From Polyangiaceae bacterium (lineage in GTDB: Bacteria; Myxococcota_A; Polyangia; Polyangiales; Polyangiaceae): a DNA stretch of 64,000 nt. The translations under genes were made by a program, and so were the position numbers. Shown here piece by piece: positions 30,307-39,987 of the stretch. Numbering within the stretch: position 1 is the stretch's first letter; the number at the start of each line of letters is the position of its first letter. The stretch is taken from contig JBNKBE010000015.1 in the NCBI GenBank assembly GCA_050287085.1, forward strand, positions 64,001 through 128,000, written 5' to 3'. Under the pieces are notes generated by a model, which worked only from the letters and a program-made list of their open reading frames with translations, did no database searches and was not told where the DNA came from.

Positions 30307-31203
30307 TCACGGCGCCACGAACTGCCAATCGCGCTGCAGCGCCAGGTCGATGAATGCCCGCAAGCTCGCAGAGGTCAAACGCGAAGCAGGCATGACCAGC
30401 TGAATCGGCAGCGGCGGAAGTTCGTATTCTGGCAACAGGACACGCAGACGCCCACATTCAATCGCCTCCCTCACTTGGTAGGAAAGCACCATGGCAATGC
30501 CTCCGCCGCGCTCGGCATGACCGATCGCAGCATCGGCGCTGTTGGTCGTGTACATGGGCCGAAACACGATGCGCTCCGGAGCTCCTCCCCGCTGGAAAGT
30601 CCACTCCGCGGAGTGCCAGAGCGACCGGAAGTGAATCAAACGATGGCTCTCCAGATCGGTCGGCTTGCGGATTCGCGCGCGTGCATCGAGATACCCGGGA
30701 CTTGCGACCAGCACACGCCGAGTTCGCCCGACAACGCGTGAACGCAAGCTCGAGTCTTCCAGCTCACCAATACGAACCGCAACGTCAACGCTCTCCTCCA
30801 AGAGATTTACCATCCGATCTGCAAGAGTCAGTTCGCCTGTGACATGAGGATGGGCTTCCAGGAATTCGCACATCAAAGACGCTACATGGAGACGCCCAAA
30901 AACGAGGGGCGCTGCAACTACGAAGTGACCGCTTGGCTGGCTGATCTCCGCGCGGGCGCCGTCTTCGGCTTCGTCCACGGCCGACAAGACGCGGCGGGCC
31001 CGGTCCAGGTACCGTGCACCTGCGTCCGTCAGCACAACGGAACGGGTCGTGCGCTGCAGCAAGGCAATGCCCAAGTGCTCTTCGAGCGACGCCACATGTC
31101 TCGTCGCTGCTGAAGCCGAAATGCCAAGACGACGGGCCGCTGCGCTAAACCCCCTCAGCTCAGCCACAGCAACGAAGACGCTCATCGCCTCAAATCGGTC
31201 CAT
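30307..31203 (-). CDS. LysR family transcriptional regulator
   Basis: 'MDRFEAMSVF...FSAAARRLG.S...LE..LG..LLQRTTR'. Confidence 0.95.
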   Translation of the reverse strand: MDRFEAMSVFVAVAELRGFSAAARRLGISASAATRHVASLEEHLGIALLQRTTRSVVLTDAGARYLDRARRVLSAVDEAEDGARAEISQPSGHFVVAAPLVFGRLHVASLMCEFLEAHPHVTGELTLADRMVNLLEESVDVAVRIGELEDSSLRSRVVGRTRRVLVASPGYLDARARIRKPTDLESHRLIHFRSLWHSAEWTFQRGGAPERIVFRPMYTTNSADAAIGHAERGGGIAMVLSYQVREAIECGRLRVLLPEYELPPLPIQLVMPASRLTSASLRAFIDLALQRDWQFVAP

Positions 31204-31208
31204 CACTA

Positions 31209-31223
31209 TTGCATAATTCGCAA
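31209..31223. promoter_or_regulatory. LysR-type T-N11-A box
   Basis: TTGC-N7-GCAA dyad immediately upstream of the LysR start in the divergent promoter. Confidence 0.6.
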
Positions 31224-31326
31224 AGGTCTATTCCACAAGCGCATAATTGTTGCGCATGGGACCGAGAGCTAGACCCTCCTAGCCGCTGGCGACAGACGCC
31301 ACGGCCAAACAACAGGAGCCATCGCC

Positions 31327-31878
31327 ATGAGTCGAATCGCAACCCCAAAGAGTATTGAGACGTCCCCCGTCGAATCGCAGTCGCTGCTAGAGGCGGTCAA
31401 GAAACAGCTTGGCTCAGTGCCCAACCTATTCCGAGTGGTAGGCAACAGCCCGGCGGCGCTCGAAGGCTATTTGGGACTGAATGCTGCACTCAGCAAGGGT
31501 GCACTCAACGCCCAGACGCGAGAGCGTCTAGCCCTGACCGTCGCCGAGCAGAACCGCTGTGGCTACTGCCTTGCGGCCCACACCTACATCGGAAAGAACG
31601 TGGCCAAGCTGAACGGACAGGAGCTGACGGCCAACAGAAGGGGCCATTCGTCGGATCCCACGGCTGAGGCTGCGCTGCAGTTTGCAACGGAGGTCCTCAC
31701 GCGCCGCGGCCACGTCTCGGACGCGGCGTTGGCGGCCGCTCGAAACGCTGGCTATGGCGACGCTGAGCTGATCGAGATTGTCGCCCACGTGGCCCTCAAC
31801 ACCTTGACCAACTACGTCAACAGCGTGGCTCAAACCGAAGTCGACTTCCCGGTCGTTATCGGTGAAGCAGCCGCCTGA
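31327..31878 (+). CDS. AhpD/carboxymuconolactone decarboxylase family peroxidase-related protein
   Basis: AGGAG RBS, 'LGSVPNLF', 'N.CGYCLAAH', 'TNYVN...EVDFP'. Confidence 0.92.
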   Translation: MSRIATPKSIETSPVESQSLLEAVKKQLGSVPNLFRVVGNSPAALEGYLGLNAALSKGALNAQTRERLALTVAEQNRCGYCLAAHTYIGKNVAKLNGQELTANRRGHSSDPTAEAALQFATEVLTRRGHVSDAALAAARNAGYGDAELIEIVAHVALNTLTNYVNSVAQTEVDFPVVIGEAAA

Positions 31879-31897
31879 AGACAAGCATCCAACAAGA

Positions 31898-31944
31898 GGC
31901 GGATCCGGGGCGGAGTGCTTCTTGCCGCCGCCCCCGGATCTGCC
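31898..31944 (+). terminator. GC-rich stem-loop after the AhpD-like gene
   Basis: GGCGGATCCGGGG...CCCCGGATCTGCC. No U-tract. Confidence 0.5.
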
Positions 31945-32039
31945 CGATCCCTCGGACAACAGACGTCGAGGCTACTTGGTCTACCCGGCAACGTCTAAGG
32001 TGGGTTCCACGACCGCAGCTTTCGTGTCAAGACGGAGCC

Positions 32040-32390
32040 ATGCAGTTGATTGTTTCCTGGCTGACCCTTTCGCTGGGCCTATGGGCCTCGCACAAGCTCA
32101 TCTCCGGATTTCGTATTGATGGCGACTGGCCAAGCTTCTTGCTCATCGGAGCTCTCGTGAAGTTGCTGCACTTCTTTTTCGGCTGGCTGCTATTCTTCAT
32201 CTTCGGCATCGCAACGCTGGGTATCGGTTTCATTCTAGGCTTCTTGACGCGGCTCCTCGCAACCGCGGTCGTGTTGAAGCTAGCAGACCGCATGAGCGAT
32301 CGTTTTCGGATCAAAGGCTTTACCCCGGCTTTGCTGTCCGCGGCTGTGCTTGCGGTCGTGAGCGCCGCGTCCGACCTCATCATGCGTTGA
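32040..32390 (+). CDS. 4-TM membrane protein, phage holin superfamily IV (YvlD-like)
   Basis: 'ISGFRIDG..S.L.IGAL', 'TLG..F', 'FRIKGFTPALL.A'. Confidence 0.75.
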   Translation: MQLIVSWLTLSLGLWASHKLISGFRIDGDWPSFLLIGALVKLLHFFFGWLLFFIFGIATLGIGFILGFLTRLLATAVVLKLADRMSDRFRIKGFTPALLSAAVLAVVSAASDLIMR

Positions 32391-33187
32391 CTCGGACGGG
32401 GCGTCGAACCACTGGCCACGAGACGCGACTTTCCTCGCAGCGTAAAAACGGGCATGTTGTGCTCGTGTCGGAAGCACTGGACCAAGAACTCACGAAGTTG
32501 GCTGCAGAGGGTCTCAACTGGCTAGCCTTCGTGCCGAGCGAGTTAGGGCCCACGCCCGCAGGCTGCCAGGCAAACGCAGACAACGGCCTACTGCTCTTGC
32601 TTTCGCTGGGACCTGTCTTCGGCCGTCAGACTGCGTTCCGCGGCGGCACTGAGAACCCTTTCGACCAGCGCGCGCGGAGCTTGACGCAAGACTTCGTTGC
32701 GAGGCACTTGACCCCACACGACCCGGCTGTCGAACTGCTCTATCCCGGACCCGCGCAGCTGGATCTGCGCGCGTGGCTGCAAGCGGGCGCCGTACAGTTC
32801 CCGTCTCGACTGGGCATTGGGATTCGCCCCGACTGTGGAACCTGGCTTGCGGTGCGCTCGGCAGTATGGGTGACGCCCCCGGTTGAACTCCGTCGCTTGT
32901 TGATCAGGCGCTATCCGCCACTGAAGGGTGAGTCGCCCTGCGATAGCTGCACAGAGAAGCCGTGTTTGGACGCCTGCCCAGTGGACGCACAGCGTCTCGA
33001 AACGGGCCGGCTCGAGCGCTGCATCGAGCAGCGCTTGGTAGAGGCTACCCCCTGTGCGGAGCGCTGCGGGTCCCGGAGCGCATGTCCGGTTGGAACGGAG
33101 TATCGCTACGGCGAAGCCCAGATGCGCTACCACTATGGCGTTTCGCTGCGCGTTATCCGTGAATGGAAAGCATCGTCACGGGGCTGA
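32387..33187 (+). CDS. 4Fe-4S ferredoxin-like/QueG-related protein (start probably near GTG 32465)
   Basis: 'NPFDQ', 'SRLGIGIRPDCGTW..VR', 'PCDSCTEKPCLDACP', 'C..R.ACPVG..YRY...Q..YH'. Confidence 0.75.
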   Translation: MTRTGRRTTGHETRLSSQRKNGHVVLVSEALDQELTKLAAEGLNWLAFVPSELGPTPAGCQANADNGLLLLLSLGPVFGRQTAFRGGTENPFDQRARSLTQDFVARHLTPHDPAVELLYPGPAQLDLRAWLQAGAVQFPSRLGIGIRPDCGTWLAVRSAVWVTPPVELRRLLIRRYPPLKGESPCDSCTEKPCLDACPVDAQRLETGRLERCIEQRLVEATPCAERCGSRSACPVGTEYRYGEAQMRYHYGVSLRVIREWKASSRG

Positions 33188-33304
33188 GGAGGGCGCCCAC
33201 CGCGCGAGTACTACTCGCTGCCGCCAGCCTACCCGCAAGACGTGGTGGGACGGCAGGGCTGAGTAGCCCACCAGCACCGGTGTCTGACGCCCAGTCTTCA
33301 TGGG

Positions 33305-33390
33305 ATGCGGCCTACCGATACCGAGCTCAGCCTTGATCTATGCTTGATAATGCAACTACATTGGTTGCTTGAAGAGGCACAGTCGAGCGA
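33305..33390 (+). pseudogene. Possible LysR N-terminal remnant
   Basis: 'LSLDLCLIMQLHWLLEEAQSS' resembles 'LDLNLL..L..LLEE..V'. Similarity ends after ~25 aa. Confidence 0.35.
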
Positions 33391-33588
33391 GGCACTCATC
33401 CGGGAATGGCTCAAAGGAGCGGCACTGGTTCACCCGGCGCCGTCGTCCGGCATCGTCAGGCCATCCCCGTACCTTCGTCTCTGGCGTTGATGTGGTGATT
33501 CGAGCCATCAGGACTTGGTCACCTGCAGCGGGTTTTCGGCCATCGCAACCCGGGTGTGTAGGTACTTCGGCGGAGATTGAAAAACCGG

Positions 33589-35004
33589 ATGAATAACAAG
33601 ACCACGAACCATGCGACCAGCGGCACGCAGAACGGCAAACTGAGCTACGCGGAACGCGCAGCTTACTCCGCCGGCGACTTTGCATCCAACTTCTATTGGA
33701 AGCTCATCGACTACTACTTGCTCATCTTCTACACAGATGTCTTCGGCATCTCAGGTATGGCCGCTGGCACCATGCTGCTTGTCACCAAGACCTGGGACGC
33801 CATCAACGACCCGTTGATGGGTCTCATTGCAGATCGAACCCAGACCCGTTGGGGCAAGTTTCGTCCCTATTTGCTGTGGGGTGCTATTCCGTTGGGGGCA
33901 GCCGGCGTTCTCACCTTCACCACCCCGGACCTGAGCGACAACGGCAAACTCGTTTGGGCCTACGTTACATACACCCTCATGATGACGGCGTACACGTTCG
34001 TTAATCTCCCCTACTCTAGCCTGCTCGGGGTCATCACACCCAATACACAAGAGCGAACGACTCTCGCGAGCTGGCGCTTCATCGGCGCGTTCAGCGGTGG
34101 CATTCTAACGACTCAATTCACTCTGAAGTTGGTTGAGTACTTTGGGTCCAGCAGCCCCCAACTGGGCTGGCAACTCACCGCGCTCTTCTGGGCGGTGTGC
34201 GCAGCGCTACTGTTCATCTGGAGCTTCCTCGGCACGCGGGAGCGAGTGAGCCCCCCTGCAACACAACAACCTGACTTCAAGCGGGACGTCAAAGACCTTC
34301 TGCGAAACAAGCCCTGGGTCGTCCTCGCTGCTCTGGCGATACTAGTCATGCTCAACATGTCGATTCGCGCTCAGATCACCGCCTACTACATGAAGTACTA
34401 CGCCAACGCAGAGGAATTGATTGGGCCTTTCATCTCTAGCAGTCTGGTTGCATCCCTGCTTGGCGCGGCCAGCACGCCGTTTTGGACAAAGCTCTGGGGC
34501 AAGAAGAAGCTCTTCCTCATTCTAATGGCTCTGCTGACGGCCCTATCAATGTCATTCTTCATCATTCCTCGCGACGCGATTTGGGCGATGTTTGCCGTGA
34601 ATCTGATGATCAACTTTGTCATGGGTCCCAAGGCGCCGTTGGTCTTTGCGATGTACGCCGACGCGGCCGACTACGGCGAATGGAAGTTCGGACGACGAGC
34701 AACCGGCTTCGTATTCGCCGCTGCTTCATTTGCCCAGAAGTTCGGCGGCGCGCTGGCCGGCTACTGCATTGGGTTGATGTTCGCCTCCATGGGGTACGAA
34801 GCCAACGTCCCCCAGACCGAAGACTCGCTGCTCGGGATATTGCTCTTGATGAGCGTCATTCCGTCGCTGTTCTCGTTCATCGCGCTATTCGTGGTAACCC
34901 GCTATCCGCTCAGCGACCGAGAGCTGCTCCAAGTAGGCCATGACCTGGCCACAAGACACGAGGCCGCAAGACACGAGGCCCCCAGCGCGACGACCGTCGA
35001 ATGA
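33589..35004 (+). CDS. MFS glycoside-pentoside-hexuronide:cation symporter (YicJ/XynT-like)
   Basis: 'GDFASN', 'FYTDVFGI', 'WDAINDPLMG.IADRT.TRWGKFRPY', 'D.ADYGEWK.G.R'. Confidence 0.95.
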   Translation: MNNKTTNHATSGTQNGKLSYAERAAYSAGDFASNFYWKLIDYYLLIFYTDVFGISGMAAGTMLLVTKTWDAINDPLMGLIADRTQTRWGKFRPYLLWGAIPLGAAGVLTFTTPDLSDNGKLVWAYVTYTLMMTAYTFVNLPYSSLLGVITPNTQERTTLASWRFIGAFSGGILTTQFTLKLVEYFGSSSPQLGWQLTALFWAVCAALLFIWSFLGTRERVSPPATQQPDFKRDVKDLLRNKPWVVLAALAILVMLNMSIRAQITAYYMKYYANAEELIGPFISSSLVASLLGAASTPFWTKLWGKKKLFLILMALLTALSMSFFIIPRDAIWAMFAVNLMINFVMGPKAPLVFAMYADAADYGEWKFGRRATGFVFAAASFAQKFGGALAGYCIGLMFASMGYEANVPQTEDSLLGILLLMSVIPSLFSFIALFVVTRYPLSDRELLQVGHDLATRHEAARHEAPSATTVE

Positions 35005-35101
35005 AACGCGACCAGGAGGGGCCCGAACAGCGGCCCCTCCTGACGTCGCTACGCGACCGCCCCCGCCCAGGGGGCGCGGGCTGCGGCAGACTCTCGCTCG
35101 C

Positions 35102-35761
35102 TCAACTCCAGGTGCCTTCCATCACGACCGCGTCCCCTTCGTCATCCCCACCTGAGATGATGCGACACCTCGGATTCTTCACGCCGCTCAGCTGGATCAT
35201 TCGTTCCGTCGCGCCCAGCAGATCGAGATACATCAGATGATCGAAGCCGCGACAGTCACGCACGGAAACCCGGAGAAGCCCTTTGGATTCAGCTTCTACA
35301 ATCAGTCGTCCGTGCGCGTAGTAGCGCGGAAACAGCAACTTGAAGAACGCGACCAGCGTGCCAGGAGTCATGAGTTTAAATAAGGTTCGGTAGACGCCAT
35401 TGAGATCGAGCTCGATCCCACGGCGGCCTAGCTCGCGTGCCATGCCCTTGCGTCCCCCCTCACCGGCGACCACGGCAGCCAGCAGCTCGCGGTACCAACC
35501 GATCGGATACCAGCCGCCGGCGACGACCCGATGATATCGCAGCGCGTCTTGTACCTCCCCGCTACAGCGTTCAATGGCCCGTCCCAATGCGTCTTCTCCC
35601 CGCAGGTCGACGAAGGCTCGCATGGTGGCTCGGAACGCGACTCCCTTGACCTTGTTGTCTAGTGCGGTGCCCGCACGAGGTCTCTCACCAGCGACGGCCG
35701 CCTCCACGACCCGCGCTTCCTCATCGCCCTGTAGACGCGAATTTCCAGATTCATGGTCCAT
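35102..35761 (-). CDS. Myxobacterial hypothetical protein, possibly H-NOX/V4R-like fold
   Basis: 'VKG..F', 'GWYP', 'ELGR', 'GVYR.LFK', 'YY..G', C-terminal W. Fold assignment is inference. Confidence 0.55.
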   Translation of the reverse strand: MDHESGNSRLQGDEEARVVEAAVAGERPRAGTALDNKVKGVAFRATMRAFVDLRGEDALGRAIERCSGEVQDALRYHRVVAGGWYPIGWYRELLAAVVAGEGGRKGMARELGRRGIELDLNGVYRTLFKLMTPGTLVAFFKLLFPRYYAHGRLIVEAESKGLLRVSVRDCRGFDHLMYLDLLGATERMIQLSGVKNPRCRIISGGDDEGDAVVMEGTWS

Positions 35762-36185
35762 ACTTGGAACGACCCACCAAAACACCCCCACGTCTGCAAC
35801 CGAAGAGCGCGCCACGCGGGGCTCGCGACCTTCCGCTTGAACTCGTGCTCTTCAACCGTCGCGATGACCTTCCTCAAAGGTACCAGCAGCGTTGACCTTC
35901 GCCAGTGGTCAGGGCAAGCCAACGGGCTGTAGCGCACGGGATGACCTACGTGCTCGGCGTGTAACCCCCACGTAGGCATCGCCGGACCGCATCAGCTCAT
36001 GAACGTCCCGAATTGCGACTCCTACTGACCCGTGAAAGCACAGCTCCGCTCCCTCGCGCGGGAAGCCGGCAGATACCGCATGATAGATGCCCCCTCGCGT
36101 AGAAATTGCGCAAAAGGCTAACCTTGTGGCGTCACTGACGCCTTGAACCCTTCAAGTTTTCTCGGCTCGCTACCTGACTGATTTG

Positions 36186-36201
36186 CGGCACACAAGTTGC
36201 A
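36186..36201 (+). promoter_or_regulatory. Putative sigma-54 (-24/-12) promoter
   Basis: CGGCAC-ACAAG-TTGCA with exact GG-N10-GC spacing, ~110 bp upstream of the DUF2934 gene. Confidence 0.6.
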
Positions 36202-36309
36202 CTGGGTCGTGCGTGGGGACAATGCCGGGGCAATTCACCTTGCCCCGCCCGGGGCGGTTCCCCATCGCGAGCGGTGCTCAACTTGTTCCGGGAGAATAGG
36301 AGTTTAGCC

Positions 36310-36528
36310 ATGGCCCACATTCACTACCCTTCTGAAGCACAAGTGAGAGCGCTTGCCTACGAGCTATGGGTCTGTCGCGGTCGACCCGCGGGGGACGCAG
36401 AGGTCGATTGGTTCAACGCTCAAGCTCAACTGACTGCGGAGCTGGCTCTCCGCGCCGCGTGCGAAAACCTTCACCCCCCCGTCAGCCGACTCAGAAGGCC
36501 TACCAGCTACCATCCGTCAGCCAAGTAG
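36310..36528 (+). CDS. DUF2934 small protein
   Basis: AGGAG RBS and 'VRALAYELW..RGRP.G....DW..A..QL'. Confidence 0.85.
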   Translation: MAHIHYPSEAQVRALAYELWVCRGRPAGDAEVDWFNAQAQLTAELALRAACENLHPPVSRLRRPTSYHPSAK

Positions 36529-36666
36529 GTGCTTCCGCGCTACGTCCCCAGCTGGGCAGCTCGCAGCGAGAAAGCGATACACTTGCTGCACGCAACAGGG
36601 TCCCTCGGTGTTGAAGCCGCCGTCGAGCCGTGACACCCAGGTCCCCGCGAGCTACCATGGTGGTTG

Positions 36667-38070
36667 ATGCAGTTTGCGCAGGCTTTCGTCTCCGTAGCCG
36701 TTCTTTGTACGGTCGTTGGGTGTTCCGATCCGGATGACGAAGGCCCCCCCCTCGGCGGCGGAGGGGAGGCAACGTCTGACGGAGGACAAGCGGGCGGAGA
36801 CGAGGCACCGACTGCCGGAGGACAAGCACCCACTGCCGGAGGACAGGCACCGACTGCCGGGGGACAGGCACCGACTGCCGGAGGACAAGCAGGCGGAGGG
36901 CCGGCGCCGAGCGCCGGAGGCGCCGGCCCTCTAGAAACGGGGGGCACTGGCCCGACTGACGAGCCCAACCCCACGGCGGCCGGCGCGGGAGGCTCCGGCG
37001 GCGCCCCGTCGGACGACGAGGGCCAGCAGGACGAAGACGCAAACTCAGCGGGTCGTAGCCTACCAACCCCGGATTGTCCGCAACCTGCTGAGCTTGGCGT
37101 ACACATTGTCGGACGCCACGACGGATGCCAGGCGGGAGCAGTCCGCTACTCGTGGTCGGGCTCTGGGTTTGTTGCGCGCTTTGAAGGAACCGGCTTGCGC
37201 TTCACGCAGAGCGGCAACTCGGTGGAATACACGGTGATCGTTGATGGCACTCAACAGCCCAAGTTGCTCACCACCAGCGGCGAAGGAACCTACGCAGTCG
37301 CGAGCGAGCTGTCCCCTGGTGAGCACACGGTCGAGGTCTATCGCCGCGGGGAGGCCTCTTTTGGAGCCAGCGTGCTGCTCTCCGTGGAGGCGATCGAGGG
37401 TCAGTTGCTGACGCCCCCACCCGCTCCCGAACGACGCATCGAGATCTTTGGCGATTCCATCACCTGCGGCTATGGCAATGAAGGCATTGACGCCAGCTGC
37501 AGCTTTACGGCCGATACGGAGAACCACTACTTGACCTATGGAGCCATACTCGCGCGCCATTTCGAGGCGGAGCTTTCGACCGTCGCGTGGTCCGGCAAGG
37601 GTGCAGTCGTGAACTACAACGGCGACATGGGTACAACTCTGACAGATATGGTCGACCGCGCTGAGCCTAATTCCGCATCGAGCGTCTGGGACTATCGCCT
37701 CGCGCAGCCCGCCGATCTCGTCATTGTCAACTTGGGCACCAACGACTACAGCACCGATCACGATCCAAGCTCGGCCGAATTTCAATCAGGCTACGAACAG
37801 TTGCTGTCGACCCTGCGCGCCCGCTATCCGGATGCGTATATTCTGTGCACGCTTGGGCCACTTCTGGGTGGGAGCGATTTGGATACAGCCCGAGCAAACA
37901 TTGCTGCCGCAGTCGCCGCCCGCAACGACGCCGGGGACGCACGGGTTCAGACCTACGAGCTGGCGCCGAACAACCCGGACCCAGGCTGCGATTGGCATCC
38001 AAGCCTCGCCACGCACGAAGCAATGGCAGACGAATTGAAACCGGTAGTAGCGACGGCCCTGGGCTGGTAG
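36667..38070 (+). CDS. SGNH hydrolase lipoprotein, carbohydrate esterase family 2-like (acetyl esterase)
   Basis: Lipobox VVGC, N-terminal beta domain 'SWSGSG...F.G', 'FGDSITCGYG', 'WSGKG', 'NLGTND', 'GCDWHPS'. Confidence 0.9.
   Translation: MQFAQAFVSVAVLCTVVGCSDPDDEGPPLGGGGEATSDGGQAGGDEAPTAGGQAPTAGGQAPTAGGQAPTAGGQAGGGPAPSAGGAGPLETGGTGPTDEPNPTAAGAGGSGGAPSDDEGQQDEDANSAGRSLPTPDCPQPAELGVHIVGRHDGCQAGAVRYSWSGSGFVARFEGTGLRFTQSGNSVEYTVIVDGTQQPKLLTTSGEGTYAVASELSPGEHTVEVYRRGEASFGASVLLSVEAIEGQLLTPPPAPERRIEIFGDSITCGYGNEGIDASCSFTADTENHYLTYGAILARHFEAELSTVAWSGKGAVVNYNGDMGTTLTDMVDRAEPNSASSVWDYRLAQPADLVIVNLGTNDYSTDHDPSSAEFQSGYEQLLSTLRARYPDAYILCTLGPLLGGSDLDTARANIAAAVAARNDAGDARVQTYELAPNNPDPGCDWHPSLATHEAMADELKPVVATALGW
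36805..36888 (+). repeat. 4 x 21 bp coding tandem repeat (APTAGGQ)
   Basis: GCACCGACTGCCGGAGGACAR units in the linker of the CE2 lipoprotein. Confidence 0.9.
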
Positions 38071-38095
38071 TAGGCGCCCACGCAAGGGCCTTTTC

Positions 38096-39805
38096 TCAGA
38101 ACCAACGCAGCTCAAACGGTACTCTGGCCCACACCCTTTCGTGGCCGAAAGCCAGGGTGTCACTGAGCAATCCGGGCAAGCTCTCATGCACTTGTTCGCT
38201 CAAGTGACCAGCCACGTCGAATCTTGCTCGCAACGCGCGCCAGAAGCCGGGACGGTCGGCTATCAGCAACTGAATGGGGGCATCAACGGCCAGCCCAAGG
38301 CTCCCTCGGACTTCACCCAATGCGGCACCCAGTCCACCGAGTTCATCAACCAGTGCATGGCCCTGCGCTTGCGCCCCAGTCCAGACGCGCCCCTGCGCCA
38401 CAGCATCGATCTGCTCAACGGTCCGGCCCCGCGCCTGCGCCATCTTTTCTACGAATTCATCATAGTGGGCGTCGATCTCTTGCTCCAGTTTCTCGAGCTC
38501 GTCCGTACTCCAACTTGATGCAGGTCGGTGAAAATCGGCGAATCTCCCCTGCTTGACCACGGCCCGCTGGATGCCCAGCTTCTCGTACAATCCGGCCACC
38601 TCGATCTTGCCCCCCACAACTCCGATGGACCCCGTCAGCGTCGGAGAATTGGCGAAGATGCGAGCGCCTTGCACGCCACTGACGTAGTAGCCCCCCGAAG
38701 CCGCAACATCCACCATGCTGACGACCAAAGGGCGGTGCTTCTTGGCTTGCGCTATCGCGTGCCACATCAGATCGCTGGCCAGTACGCTGCCCCCTGGGGA
38801 GTTCACCCGCAACACTATGGCTTCGACCCGCGGGTTGTCCGCGATGGCCTTCAGGCTACGGACAAAGCGACGACTTCCGGTTGCTCTACGCCCACGCGGA
38901 CCGAACCCATCCTCACCGGTGCGGATGCTACCGTCAACGCACACCAGCGCAACCACAGGCCCGCGCGTTGGCAACCAACGCCTCGAGCGCCGTTCCAAGT
39001 AGCGGCGCAAGCCCAGCATGCGCGAAGGCTTGTGTTCGTCAATCCCCTTTCGGAGTTCGTCGTAATACCCCAATTCGTCAACGAGGCCGCAACCTTTGGC
39101 AACACTCGAGCGAAATGGCCCACTATCAAGAGCCGTTCGCACTTGAGCGGGCTCAATGCCTCGCCCCTCGGCGACACGCTCAACGAGCTGTTCGTATAGG
39201 TCCGCGGTGAGGCTCTCAAGCATCTCACGATTGGCATCGCTCATCTGCTCGGCGGCAAACGCCTCACGCATGCTCTTATAACGTCCGCGCGCCGCCAGCT
39301 GCGCCCGCACGCCCGCCTTGTCCAGTAGCCCCTTGAACAGCGTAAACTCACTTGCAATGCCCGCTACATCAAGGGCTCCGGCGGGACTGAGCACCACACG
39401 ACTGGCACAGGACGAAAGCCAGTAGCTCACCAGGTTGAGACTGTCAGCGTGCACGACAACCTCTTTGCCCGCGGCACGAAGCGCAGCTAGGCCTTGGCGC
39501 AGCTCCTCGGCCTTGCCGAGGCCGAATTGGGGCTCGTCGATCCGAATCAGCACGGTGCGTAACTTCGGATCCCTGCGCGCATGCTCCAAAGCGAGTAGCA
39601 GGGGCAGGAACGGGAGCTGTGGACTCGCAAACACCCCGCGCGACGAAGACACGTCGGGCAGCGAGCCCGCCACCTTCAGTTCGAGTGCAGTCGCGGGTCG
39701 GTAGCGATCTCGTGCCGCCCCATACAATAGAAACGGGAAGCGGAGAGGGAGAAGAAGCAACCAGACCAGCCAGCGGAGTATCACCCAGCTGACATAGGGC
39801 AACAC
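38096..39805 (-). CDS. sppA: Signal peptide peptidase SppA, 67K type
   Basis: Two S49 domains, 'GRYKS', 'VNSPGGS', 'AASGGYY', 'TGSIGV', 'QGRVWTG'. Confidence 0.92.
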   Translation of the reverse strand: MLPYVSWVILRWLVWLLLLPLRFPFLLYGAARDRYRPATALELKVAGSLPDVSSSRGVFASPQLPFLPLLLALEHARRDPKLRTVLIRIDEPQFGLGKAEELRQGLAALRAAGKEVVVHADSLNLVSYWLSSCASRVVLSPAGALDVAGIASEFTLFKGLLDKAGVRAQLAARGRYKSMREAFAAEQMSDANREMLESLTADLYEQLVERVAEGRGIEPAQVRTALDSGPFRSSVAKGCGLVDELGYYDELRKGIDEHKPSRMLGLRRYLERRSRRWLPTRGPVVALVCVDGSIRTGEDGFGPRGRRATGSRRFVRSLKAIADNPRVEAIVLRVNSPGGSVLASDLMWHAIAQAKKHRPLVVSMVDVAASGGYYVSGVQGARIFANSPTLTGSIGVVGGKIEVAGLYEKLGIQRAVVKQGRFADFHRPASSWSTDELEKLEQEIDAHYDEFVEKMAQARGRTVEQIDAVAQGRVWTGAQAQGHALVDELGGLGAALGEVRGSLGLAVDAPIQLLIADRPGFWRALRARFDVAGHLSEQVHESLPGLLSDTLAFGHERVWARVPFELRWF

Positions 39806-39987
39806 CGTCTCATTTCAAAGCACTCATGATCCTGCGGCTGGCCGAGCGCGGACTCGCTGCGCGGGCAGCTCTGCTTGATCGAAGAGAGCATCGTCGAATT
39901 GGAGAGCCAGGTGCAATCCACAAGGCGGCTTCCATACGCCGCCGAGCTTCACATCAACCAGACCGCCACGCCCCATCCGCCTTCGCC

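Noticed and set aside
32040..32390. Holin as evidence of a prophage
   Set aside because: No endolysin, structural or integrase genes nearby. This family is common outside phages.
34951..34980. 2 x 15 bp repeat at the 3' end of the GPH transporter
   Set aside because: In-frame duplication in a disordered tail, with no evident significance.
38073..38094. GCCC-ACGCAA-GGGC-CTTTT hairpin between convergent genes
   Set aside because: The stem is too short to call a terminator confidently.
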